64,000 nt of DNA from Balanoglossus misakiensis (Eukaryota > Animalia > Hemichordata). Of this stretch, positions 52,026 to 64,000 are shown one piece after another (within the stretch, counting starts at the first letter, position 1; every line of letters starts with the position of its first letter). Position numbers and translations under genes: made by a program. Below the pieces are notes generated by a model. That model searched no databases, had not been told where the DNA came from, and worked only from the letters and a program-made list of their open reading frames with translations. Location: positions 10,839,625 through 10,903,624 of the forward strand of contig CM082579.2 of assembly GCA_040954595.2 (NCBI GenBank). Direction: 5' to 3'.

Positions 52026-55000
52026 CAATGTAAGGATCTCTGGACTTCACATTTTGACTGAGAATATCACATGTCTTACAGAATGCAGTGAAGTAGAAGT
52101 ACTTAATATGTTTTTCATATCAAAATACTGTATGACAGGGATACACTTTTGCTGCAGCTGTTTGTATTTAAGAATCTTCCTACCTGTTAGATGTAGAATA
52201 CAAGACAAAAAGGGACACTCCATTTTGGGGTAAAATTCATTAAGCCCCCGCTGTGCAGTGTCCTGTGATCCACCCGAGCTCAGTTGACAATAAAGACTGT
52301 GCTGAACATCCAATCTTTGAAAACTGAATCACAGTTTACTACTAAAACACTATTTTCATATGTCTGTACCTCAATCCACGCAAAAAGCCCAATCGTACAG
52401 AAGTCCACAGTGAGTTCAATATGTTTTTATAGAGTGGCACTTTGAAATAATACTCAATATCAAATCACTGTGGAAAACCTGTAAAAGTTTACCCAACCAT
52501 GCTTTCATTGTACTTTGTTTATATGATTTCTCACCCATTTATCTGATGCTGAAAGGTTTGAAATTTCTACATTTGGAATAGGGTGAGAAAGGGACTATTA
52601 CTGTTTCTATTTATCACGTGCAAGTTCCCTGTACGTTTTTGACAGGTGCAACATTTTCAAGTTCTACTTCTAAGCCATAATATTCATAGTGGAGTCATAC
52701 GAGGAAAAATTATTCTCACACTCCGGGCCTCTGGTAGTGTGGAATCTCGACATTGACAGTTTGGGTTAAATCGATCCCACACTCTTGCAGCCTTGAAAAT
52801 GTTACATGACACAAACGCTGATTGGATGATAAACATTCTTTAATAAATATGCGCGAAATGTTATCCAATGACGTGATGTGTAATAAATGGACAGAAACTA
52901 CAATATTTAATGTTTTTACTACGAATTTGGCTATTTGGTGGTCATGTGAGAAATTAAATCTGGAATATTTTATACACTTGTCAGGGTTTATTTTGTTCCA
53001 CACTCACCTGCAAATCATGTGAGATGAAATATCCCTACTAATGTGAGAAATTGAATCTCATGTACTTGAAGGTGTGAGATTCTATTATTTCCCTGTATAA
53101 AGTATAGACATTACATATCACAACTGAAAATGGGCACTGTTTGAATTAATGTTCTGTCTTGAGGCAGAAAAAATCTGTATTGGGGGGTGGGGCGTTGCCA
53201 GTTATTTTGGTATGTGAAAGTTCAAAGCGTAAATTCATTATCACATTTTCACACTTCCAGACTTTTGTTTAGGTGAGGAAGATTGATTTAAAATCAAACC
53301 TAATTAGTAATGTTTATTGTGCATGTGATTTCATTATTCACAGCCCTTAAACTTGTCTCTAGTTGGCTGCATTTTATCAAAATTAGAGAACTCATTTTAC
53401 TATATAATGAAGACGTTAGCTGTCACTTGAATAGACAGTTATATTAAATAAAATAGACTTGTGATTGTCAGTTTCATATAATTTGTGAGATTTCCACGGA
53501 CAAACACGTGTTGAATTTTTGATAACTATGTAATTATAATAAAGTGTGCCAAAACAAAGAAGAAATAGCAATTTCTTCAGCAAATGAAATATTATATATT
53601 TATCATACAAAAATATATTTGTATCTTTGTCATATTCCTTTGAAATATTTTTTTTTTCTGTGTCGGACATTGATTCAATGTAAAAGAATCAGAACTTTGT
53701 TTCATTACTGTGCTGAAATGACATGTTGTATTTTGGATAGAGTAAATGTATACAATAAAAATATATTGTGCAATTGAAAGTTAGTGAGTGCAACAACCAT
53801 TTTATATGCTGTTAGTCCATTTACAGATCACTTACAGCTTTGCAATACAACATTTTTGGAAGGTCACTGTACAAATAGATTATGGAACCATCGTGAACAC
53901 CCTTTTTTCTCAGTTTCCCTGTATGTGTAACAAGCGAACACTTATTTTTGTAAGGAAATGTTCTACTGTGGATTTTAAAGCTATAGTATCGCTAGGATTT
54001 CCCCAATACAAAACTTGGCCCGTATTTGTTTCGTTATCCGAAATGATTTTGGACATATGGGATTCATTACTGTTTACATCCCCAGTACATATTTTGACAC
54101 CTGAGGTTACACCATACTCCACTAATCTGCAGTGATTCAAATTGAATTTTTAAGAATGGAGTGTTATTCAGTGTACACACAATAAGCAAACTTTTGAGTA
54201 TTTTTATTGCATCCAATATTTTTTCAACTCTGTGCAGACTTTCAAAATAAAAACACAAGTGTTTAAAACATGGGCTATAGAGGGCAGTCACACAAGAATG
54301 CATCTTGGTCTGTTTTATCACAGTCCCTGTATCATAGAGATGGACTGTGGTTTTCTAAAACTTGCATGGAGGAAATTCAACAAAACCTCAGTATCTTGCA
54401 GACAAAGCTCCAGAAAACTGGTGTTAATTTTTCATACAAACAACGAAAAGGGGAAGTTATAATATGACAAAAGAAAACATTTAAGTTAAATAATGCAGAA
54501 ATTTGGACAATGCAGAGATGTGGATAATGGTTTTATGACTGGGACAGGAGAAGAAATGTCTGTCATGGCATGTAGTATTCTGAGATAAATGTTTGGGTTT
54601 TATGGCTATATACAATTATAGTGACATGCTGAGTGAGACAGGCATTTTGACCACCACCGGCAAGACTACATCATGCCAATCGTGTACAGGTAAAAAAGTT
54701 CCTCAACTAAATTGCCATAAAAACATGGAAACTTTCAGTCAATACATAATTCTATGTTTCACACACAAAAATGACATGACTCGATAGTCCATTGAGTTTT
54801 TCTTCCAAACAAAATTATGCCACCAGATGCAACTGCAATAATTGAATGATGATTCCTCATTTTTATGCATATCACAGGTTGCATGCAAGATTTCTTGTTC
54901 ATATTTACAGTATTCAAGTTTCACTCCCTCACACATGGAGTAATTATTTATCACACTTCTGTCCCCCATGAGTTTCTTTTTAAGGAAGGTACATGATATG

Positions 55001-55204
55001 TTTGTATCCACTCTCACCAACTCCATTACTTTGTCTCTGTCACACATATCAGTCCTTGCTTGTTCAATGTTAAATGAACACCGTAATAGTTAGACTCACA
55101 TTTCTCACTCTGGAGTTCTTACCAGAGTCACTCACTACATGTACAGTTGATAATAAATGTTCTCATAAAAATGTTACAGAAATTGCATTAAAAATTCACA
55201 ACTG

Positions 55205-57899
55205 TCATGACTCTGAAGTTTTCTCTTCTGCCTTTCTTGAGTCATCATTGGATGTAATTCTTTTACGCTGTTTGATTTCTTCCCTGTTTTTAAATTCTGT
55301 GTCTATTCTTTCCTTTGCTCGAACAACCTGTCATCAAAAAATATAAACCACATTTACATTATATTACAATTTGCTTCCCGAAAAACACCATACTCACACA
55401 TTCTAATTTTTATCTTTTATATTGTGTTCATTGTGTTCTATAGTAGTACAGATGCACACAATTGCAAACCATGGATCTGCAGACACTTTGTCACAATATG
55501 TCCACTGTGAATAGCTCCTCTGTTTTGCAAGTTGTCCTATTATACATGTAAAACTTCATATATAAAACAAAGATATCCTAATTTTAACCGTTCAACTTTT
55601 GTCACATGATAAACCCACACTCTATGGAAACCATCTCTGACATTGCTTACCTTAGACTGTATGTAGAATGATCCCCCTTTGGATTTTTCATTTGCGCCGA
55701 ATAAATGTTCATAATTTTTCTGAACTTGGTCAGGATTCAGCTCAGGGTTCACATTCAAAACCTGCTGTGCCTCCTGGATGATATCAAATAACCAACATTC
55801 ATCAAATCATCCTCAATACTGAGATTACAGACTGAAAATCTACATACCAGTAATGCTTTCTAATCACAACTTTATCCCTGTTTCACAAATGTTGCAAAAC
55901 ATCCCATGTGCACCCAGGGACAATAGGTTGCCAGTTTGCAAACAGGCGCCAACTAAAGGTGGAGGCAACTAATTATACATTCACTACACAATCTACAACT
56001 TGTATTTTCCGATATCCTTCTCATCATTCCATGTGATTTATTTCAACTTGGATCATTTTTTAGACTAGCATTCACAAATTCAAATGCACAAATTTGGGAT
56101 AATGTAAAATGACTGTTTGACATCATCTCTTTCCTTCCATAACTCAACTGAAATGCTGCCAAAATTGATTCAGGGTTGAACTTAGTTTCTTCTGTATCAT
56201 TGCACTCGCTCTGTGATGACCTTACCTGTAATGACATTCCCATGATAGTATCTGTCGCAGCAGATTTTTTACCTTGTTGTCCACCACCAGATCTTCTAGC
56301 TGCAGCTTGACTCGCTGAAATCAAATTAAATCAATTAAATCAAATCAATTAAATCTACATTGCCAAGTAGCAACAATTAATTACAAGTAACAATTTTATA
56401 TGTCCTTATTTGAACACATTCCTGTTTCAACTGTATTAACAGGTGAATCTACCAACTGATTTCAAAGATGTTCACAGCTCATGGCATGTTCTTTGCTGAA
56501 CACCATACCACTTTCAAGTGCATGCATTCAGTGTTCATTGAGCTATTACAGATCAAGTCATTTTGTTGTTAGTTTCACATTTCTCTGTTAAAGCCATCTT
56601 GTCTACCTCAAGCAATTTTTACAGTTAAAAGACTTCAAAATCTGAAATTTGACCAAACTGATCATCCCCCCCCCCCCCTAAACTTGAAAGATTGCAATGT
56701 CAGTTAGTTTCGCCTCATCTTTACTGGTATAATTGGCACGTCTATTCCTATCATTTGCAGGTACACTACAAAATCTTCAAAGTGAAGTTTTTATCATCAT
56801 TACCATCGTTTGATACAGGAAATCAATGAGATGTCATGTTTTTTTAGAACAAGTTACACACACTAACACACTATTACTAATAATGTTATGCACATTAGTC
56901 AATACTGTATGGGAAATTTCTGCACTGGTTACACACCAAAATTCTAGAGGAGTGAAGTTCTTGGATTGGCTGTTGACATTTGAGGGGACTATCTTACCTG
57001 CAACTTCCTGTCTGACAGCTTTGGCAAAAGCTCTTCCAACAACTTGTCCTCCAAGAACTATGATCTGTGCTATATATTTCGCCTGTGAAGTAAAACACAG
57101 TGATTAGACCTTCAATTTGACATCACAAAATTGATAAGAACTAAGCATACAGATCTTTGTGACACATTTTGTCAAACAGTTCCATAATAGATGATGAAAC
57201 TACTACACTAGTACTTGATTTCTAGACAACGTTACAAAGAAAGTCAACAATGACTAAGTCTAAGGTTTGTTCAAACTACTTGTTTTCTTAAGATGACTTA
57301 GCAATTTGAATATACTTCAAAATACCAATGTTATTTAAATAATAATACATGCTAGCGAGGGCAACATCACGATTTGAAGCCTGCACGAGGGATGGTGATC
57401 TCTGACCATTAATATTGTTGATGCCCGAGCCGCAGGCGAGGGTATATCATCAATATTGTGGTCAGAGATCACCAGCCTGAGCCCAGTCAATTGTGACTGG
57501 GTATATTAAACCCTGATGGTCCCTGTGACACCCTAGCTGCAATAATTGTAGCGGGTGCTGCTAGGTGACTGGTGTGTTACCAGTCAACCTAGCAGCACCC
57601 GCTACAATCATTGCAGCTAACGTTAACCCTGTCTACATAATGCATGTGTATTCAAGGGCAGTCTGGCTGTATCGTCCAGTCTCTTCTTTCTAGCAGTAAC
57701 TATCACTTGGCTTTACACCTGTCACGTATGTAGTCACATAGCGATCACACGTGTAATGAATTATATGTAAGTTGTAATCAAGGGACACCGACATATACAG
57801 CACATGTCGTGTCGATCGGATGCGCAGTGGTGGTTACAGCGATTGCTTTCTGGTGGAAGGCTACACTCGTGGCGGGAATCTATACTTTTGACTTACCAT
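55205..57899 (-). CDS. PAM16: Mitochondrial import motor subunit TIM16 (PAM16/Magmas), 5 exons, 140 aa
   Basis: Exons 57899-57897 (ATG|GTAAGT), 57082-56998 ([28 protein letters not shown]), 56314-56226 ([13 protein letters not shown]), 55773-55651 ([32 protein letters not shown]), 55327-55205 ([11 protein letters not shown].., TGA). J-like domain signature GGSFY.QSKV.RAKER is present. Minus-strand AATAAA at 54203-54208. Confidence 0.96.
57392..57619. repeat. Two adjacent foldback elements in PAM16 intron 1
   Basis: TGGTGATCTCTGACCA..AATATTG / CAATATT..TGGTCAGAGATCACCA (about 57393-57474), and TAGCTGCAATAATTGTAGCGGGTGCTGCTAGGT / ACCTAGCAGCACCCGCTACAATCATTGCAGCTA (57534-57619). Confidence 0.85.
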
Positions 57900-58443
57900 T
57901 TCGTATGACTACTCGTGTTGTACGAGTCAGACACGCACGTTTTTACTACGAACGAAGGCCGGTGGAGTCTGCTACCCACATGAGAATATATAGGCTAATA
58001 TGGCTTCTTCATTACATCATGATATAAGATGTAAAGCAAGATTGGATTGGTTTAGATACCATCTACGGCTGATCAAAAGCCAATCAATTCAGGTTTTAGG
58101 ATCGGACCATACTATTTGGGGGGAGGGCTACGTATTCAAGTTGGACTACAACATATCTTACATCTTTCGAGTATATTGCCTTTTACGTATCGTTATTTTC
58201 TTAAATAAATTTAAATGAATCAAAATCAAAATCGATGTTTTCTGTCATTCATGTCTATTATTTTGTCAGCGTATAAAGTGCGCTCACATCCACCCATACC
58301 AATAATCACATAGGCTGGGACTTGGGTCAAAGGTTGTCCTCGCAGAGGCGGAAGTAAGGACACGTTGCCATCGTACAACTGCACAAGTTCGCATATTGCA
58401 TCTTCTTCTTGTATTTTTCTCCGTAACTAGGATAGACAAGAAA
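57900..58443. promoter_or_regulatory. Bidirectional promoter shared by PAM16 and LRRC59
   Basis: Divergent start codons are only 544 bp apart. ETS/GABP-like GCGGAAGT at about 58348, ATTGGATTGG at 58041, CCAAT at about 58080 and 58299. Elevated CpG. Confidence 0.7.
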
Positions 58444-61400
58444 ATGCCATCAAAGGAGAACTCGTTGAAAGACAGACTAGACGGAAATGAACTTGATCTA
58501 AGTATGAGCAGTCTGACCAAAGTACCTGTCAAAGAATTGGTAAAGATATTTTTATTTTATCTAATCGTTTATGTGGGGACGTGGGCTGTAGTCTACAGAC
58601 AGTCGAGTTTCCAGCAAAGCAACGCATACGTGAGGATTCAATGACACCGGTATGCTGGGGGTGAAGAACGTTCTGACAAAACGCTTCTCATATTTATCTA
58701 CCCGACACGAGTTCGTAGTTTACTCATGTACAGAAAAGCCTGTCGTTTTCTGATCCGATGACCGTACAGCTGGGGATAGGAGTTAGGATTTCTCTCTATC
58801 AAGATTTTATTGAACCAAGGCCCGGATGTTGTTTTGCCTTGAAGACAAGTTGTACATTTCGTAGTGTATATTTGTATATGCTTAATAGTCTACCTATGAT
58901 GACATTGAAAAAAATATCAAAGATTCCTATTGTTTATATAATCATTATCAATATTTATCAACAAGTATTTCTTACAGACCATTTTCTGGTAGTGGTAGAC
59001 TTAGTTTCGTTTGTGTTTGTTAATTTGTGAAGTGATATTAGTAGTACATGTAATGTGTGTAAGCAGGTGACATTATCCTCAACATCATTAGTATAACTCT
59101 GATCACTGATGCAATCACAACTCACCAAATTCAACTATGTAGGATGAACTTGTTAAAAAGGTTGCATGTCAGCAGCTGTTGCAAACAACTGAATTTTTAT
59201 CAACTGACTTGAAACAAGTCACTGGTTGAATACAGAATTAGTTGCTGAAGTACTTGCTAGTACGTAGTAGGATGTGTGGCAATTTGATGTACAATGTGGC
59301 CTGGTTTATCCCGCAAAATCTATATTTGACAGGCTGTGATCAAGAAATATGTTTCTTTTTATGCCATATTGCTCAACAGGCGGCATTACCACAAGGAACA
59401 GTCTTAGATTTGTCCTGCAATGAACTTACCAGTCTACCTGTAAGTATCTATTTTTAGTTTCCGTCTGCTACATTTATACCAATTGGAGCTTTATGGGTTC
59501 AGTCAGCTTCCTTTCATCTCTATGTACATCTTAAACGTACCAATCTTTGGTGTTAGTAATATTATTTTGAGAGTTTGATTACTTTTTTAACTCTTTGGGA
59601 TGGATGGACCCCTCCAACATGGTCTGCGAAATTCTAGTAATGGTTTAATTAATATTCTAATCAAAAATTCTGATAAACAAACTTCTGTTGAAAAGGAGTT
59701 GAAAAGTCAACTCAGTAAGCAGGCATCTTTCGATCTCATTCTGCAGAGCATCATTTCAAGTGATTGTTTGTCATCAAAGATGTTTGGTTTTGTCACATGT
59801 TTAAGATATTATGTAAATTTCATAATATATCATTGTCCTAAAAAGCAAAGGGACCCAGCAAAATATGATCTGGTCAGTCTTGAAATGGAAAGGGTAATGC
59901 CCAGTCTCCTGTGTTTTACCTAGACATTTGTCTCCCTGTTTTGATATGATGGAAGATACCTGATTACAGATATATTATTCAGACAGTGGATTGTATGTGT
60001 ACATGTATTTTCTTCTCTTTCTTTGTAGGAGAACTTCTGTTCATTAAAACACATCGTTAAGATTGACCTGAGCAAGAACAAATTGACAGAACTGCCACAA
60101 AACATTGGAAACTTAGAAAAACTCCAGCGTCTTGATCTCCTCGGCAATGAATTGAAGACTGTGCCTGTCAGTTTTGGAAGATTGCGGAATCTAAAATGGC
60201 TGGACTTGAAGGACAATCCGCTGGACGAAGAGCTCAGAAAAGTTGCAGGTGAATGTCTGGATGAGAGAGAGTGCAAAGACTGTGCCAAAAAGGTAAATGT
60301 GGCCGAAAATATGCTATGTTGGCTGTGATGCATATGACACTAAATGATTGTGTAATTCGCACACTGGTTCATTGACCACGTCCACGAATTTGAATTGATG
60401 CTAGGTTTTTGGAGAGAGCATCTCGAGATGCGTTCAAAATTCCCACTGGTGTGAGAGAATTTTGTTGTACACATCGGAGTAGTGCAGTGTCACTTTTTTG
60501 TATCACCTCATTCAACTTGTCTGTTACAGGTTGTCAGTTATATGAAGGCTGTGCAATCAGAACTTGAAAGACAAAAACAGAAACGACTGAAAGAGGAAAG
60601 AGGTAAGCTTTAAGAAATTTCATTATTGAAGAAAAATTGATCAAAAACTAGATTTTACAACTCCCAATTCTGCCCATGCCAATCCTCAGCGAGAATTCAC
60701 CAGAATGTCGTTTTGTTTTGATTTGTTTGTCAACAGAAAGAGAAGCAGCAAAGCAAGCAGAGGAAGCAAGACAAAAAGAAGTCAAAAAGAAACAAAAACA
60801 AGCGGAAAAAGAAAAAAGGAGGAAAGAATATGAAGCCAAACAAGCTGCTTTAAGGCAGGCACAAGAAATTCAAGTTTCACAGGAAAGAGATGTACAACAA
60901 GGTGGGAGAATGTTAGTTGTTTCGTAATTATTAACTATTTCTGTCGGGGATATTTTGTCTCACACTCGTGTGGGACAAAAAATCCCCAACTCGTGTGAGA
61001 AATACGATCCCAGGTCCTTGGGAGTGTGACATTCTATTATTCTCTCACTGGTATTGTTTTATGTGATTGTACATCCATAGCAATTACATTGAAGGCAAAG
61101 CGTCACAAGTCCAATGAATGATTACCATAGCAACAGCTTCTGTAAGAATGCTTCTTGTCACTGTTCACTGAAATTGCTTCATTAAAGAAATGGAGGTTTT
61201 CGTGCATTGAGTCACTCAGAGAAAACAGTTGTGCTATGTATTATGCAGAGCCGACCTGATCAAACAATTTGTGATTTCACTTTGTCTTTTCACAGAAGCT
61301 ACAATACAAAATGGACCCCAGACAGTACATTTGAAACCCGTGTCAGGTAAGATACACCCTGACTTCTGCTAGTGAATAAATTTAAATAAATATTGGGGGA

Positions 61401-61712
61401 AAATGTGTATTTCAATCTTGTGGTTGTGTGAGTTTTCTCGACATTTTTTCATTTTATAAAGTTGTCAACATAGTGGGGAAGAATGAATGACACACTGACC
61501 TCTGCAATGAATTTCACACACATTTTTTCTTTCTCTTTACAGTTTCTCCTTGCTACGTGATGTTTCTATTTACCTTCTTGATTGCCGTGGTAGCAGTCAT
61601 CGTCGGTATCTTCTTCTACTGTCAAAACCATGGAAATAATCCTGCATGTAACGACATTGTCTTCAGATTTGAGCAAACGAAACAGACTGTGCAAAGTCTA
61701 TTCGCAAAGTGA
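58444..61712 (+). CDS. LRRC59: Leucine-rich repeat-containing protein 59 (p34; LRR, coiled coil, C-terminal TM), 7 exons, 292 aa
   Basis: Exons 58444-58539 ([25 protein letters not shown]), 59380-59439 ([20 protein letters not shown]), 60029-60292 (..[39 protein letters not shown]), 60530-60602, 60737-60901 ([11 protein letters not shown]), 61296-61346, 61543-61712 (TM segment [26 protein letters not shown]). Phases are consistent; AATAAA at 63014. Confidence 0.95.
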
Positions 61713-61765
61713 CGTGATGAATCAACAGATCAGGCTGTGTCTGTCTTGCTTTAATACAGCTCACT

Positions 61766-61989
61766 TTAAAGGGAAGGGGTCGTCGCGCCGCATGGGTGTC
61801 CCCCTTGATGAGAATATGTCAGCACAAACCCCACTGCAGTCACCACGACCTACTAGGATCTTCAGTTGCTGTCATGCCCAGTCTACGCTACAGTTGGCTG
61901 CTTCGTTCATTCTAAGAATTATCTAATTTCAGGGATTTGTGGATGAATTGTAAACAAACAAACGCGGCGCGACGACCGCTTCCCTTTAA
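61766..61989. mobile_element. TTAA-flanked MITE in LRRC59 3' UTR
   Basis: TTAA-AGGGAAGGGGTCGTCGCGCCGC...GCGGCGCGACGACCGCTTCCCT-TTAA. Confidence 0.85.
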
Positions 61990-63811
61990 ATTAAAACCAC
62001 ACATTGATTTCCAAACCTGGGCCCACCATATACAAATTAACTGAATAAGATCATGTCAGAATGAATTTCAAAAATCATCATCTGGATAATCGTAGATTGT
62101 CACAAAATGGACACTTCATTTCAATTTAGTTCTTCTAAGTGTGGATACTGATTGATATTTTTTGTAAGAACAAATCTATTTTACATATGGCACAAAAAGA
62201 TTTGACCTGACCTAACCACACATTATCAATGATTGGTTTACAGTTTATGGAAACTACATGGATATTTCAGTTACAATTACTGTTAGTGTTGTTTAGTGTA
62301 GGACGTGTAGTTTTGCAGTTTTTAAATCCCTTTGGTTTGATGCCATTGTTTTCAATTCCAAAATGGACGGGTACACAGGAAGTTTTGGTAAAAGAACTGA
62401 AAAAGTCAAGAATTTCAAAATAATATTGTAAATTTCAGGTCAGTGACTGTCAACCCTTTTTATAGGTCCGTACCGGTACATAGAAACAAAATCAACCAAT
62501 CAGTCTTCACAAAGCAACATTTTATCGCATTGTAAAATGCCAGATTGCAGTGTATTCCATGGCCTACCTCATCATCATTATTCCCAGTGTCAGAAAAAAA
62601 ACAGACTATTTTGGGATGACTCGTGTTACCTGAATATGGCCAGGTAACATGGCTGGGTGCACTGTCACGGTAGTATTTTCTCATCAGAGGTCAACTCTCT
62701 AAAAAAGTCGGACATCAACCGACAACATGATCTTAGGTTGTATACTATTGTTGGTGATATGTTTTAGTATCATACAGCAACTGTTGAAATGAAATAGTCA
62801 TGGACAAATTGACTGGAACCCTCTCTCACTATCACAATATCCACCATTCAAGAATACCTTTTTCCTCCCAACTGAGTCTAATCTGCTGACATGTTGTACA
62901 AGTTTCTAATTCCTCTCTGACAATCAACTTGCAACACATCATATCAATTTCAAGAATGTTTACTCTTTGTATGTAAGTATCTATGAACTTTTTAATGTTA
63001 ATTAATTTCAAGCAATAAAATGTTAATCTTTAAAAAAAGTGATGCCCAGCAATGTACATGTGTCCATTTTTTGTGTGGAATATTGCATTTCACGCGAACG
63101 TTACAACAAAGGACACACACAGAATGGATACCTACACATCTACGAAAACACTTCAGAATTGAAGATGGAAAATAAAGTCATTATTAGGTGTGGGCCCAGT
63201 CTTCCTATTGACATTTTCTGGATTGTTTTTGTAGATCAATAGTTGGGGCTGTGGTCTTGCAAAGCAATCTTTTTGATTTCAAAATGCAGAAGCCTTTAAG
63301 TACATGATAGATTTATTCATCAATGAGCCATTTGCATTAATATTCTGCAATTACATGTAGAGTTCAATAGACTGATGGCAAATATAATCTCTGTCCAATT
63401 TATCATATTCAGAAAGGAATGCTACAATCAATAAAATTTTCAACAGAACAGAATATCACAGAGCTAGCCCCAAACAATAAAATAATGTTTAATATCCATA
63501 ATTTGAACAGCAAGAAGTAGAATAAATTTTTGAACAAAATTAACCACCTTGGTAATACAATGATTCATATATATACTGCACTTTGAAAAATAAAATCTCT
63601 CCAACATTGTGCAGGTTTTGCAGTTTCTCACGTCAGTTCTTTTTCATATCTCTTCAAATCACTTTTCATGGTATGATTGTTTTCATTTCCTGTCAGGATG
63701 TCATACTTGTATAAAAGAAGTTACCATGACAACGCAAGGCTACTTGTCTTTTACCAGTAATGAACTTTTTCTCTGAGACATCAATGGAGTGGGATGCTGC
63801 CACCGAGATGC

Positions 63812-63900
63812 TCAAAATTCCCGGACAGAAACAAATCGCAAGATATCTAGTTTCAGAAGCTCTGACACTATTTGCTCTAAATTGGCACTTCTAAAGTTAC
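63812..63900 (-). CDS. Possible terminal coding exon of an unidentified gene extending beyond the window
   Basis: CAG acceptor at 63903-63901, then phase-1 reading NFRSANLEQIVSELLKLDILRFVSVREF-TGA (amphipathic-helix-like). Minus-strand AATAAA at 63312-63317. The polypyrimidine tract is weak and I do not recognise the peptide. Confidence 0.3.
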
Positions 63901-64000
63901 CTGATGATATGCTTAATACAACTCACATGTAAAAGTCCCTGTAACGCTTTATCAAAGCAGAATTGTTCTGTGTAGTAAACAGCAAATTGCTGATAATGAT

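Noticed and set aside
61710-61754. TGA-C readthrough of LRRC59
   Set aside because: Only 13 extra codons, no targeting signal, and not the TGA-CTAG motif.

Overview
This is AT-rich eukaryotic (animal, non-vertebrate) genomic DNA with spliced genes, not a prokaryotic accessory region. The single CYFIP gene and vertebrate-like intron positions suggest a marine invertebrate, possibly a deuterostome (inference). I reconstructed five complete protein-coding genes by hand from GT-AG boundaries with consistent phases: CYFIP/Sra-1 (minus, 26 coding exons, 1252 aa), TFAP4 (minus, 5 exons, 351 aa), GLIS2 (plus, 5 coding exons, ~558 aa), PAM16/Magmas (minus, 5 exons, 140 aa) and LRRC59 (plus, 7 exons, 292 aa). 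There may also be a last exon of a sixth gene at the right edge. Introns and UTRs carry many short non-autonomous DNA transposons (TA-flanked, TTAA-flanked and 9-bp-TSD types, plus foldbacks). Most notable: (1) TFAP4-GLIS2-PAM16 occur in the same order and orientation as at human 16p13.3; (2) a dense cluster of AP-4's own CAGCTG site, interleaved with E2F-like sites, lies over the TFAP4 5' end, suggesting autoregulation within a divergent TFAP4/GLIS2 unit; (3) a candidate frame-preserving 51-nt cassette exon sits in a long CYFIP intron. No tRNA, rRNA or CRISPR array was seen. No database searches were run; gene identities rest on my recognition of the protein sequences.
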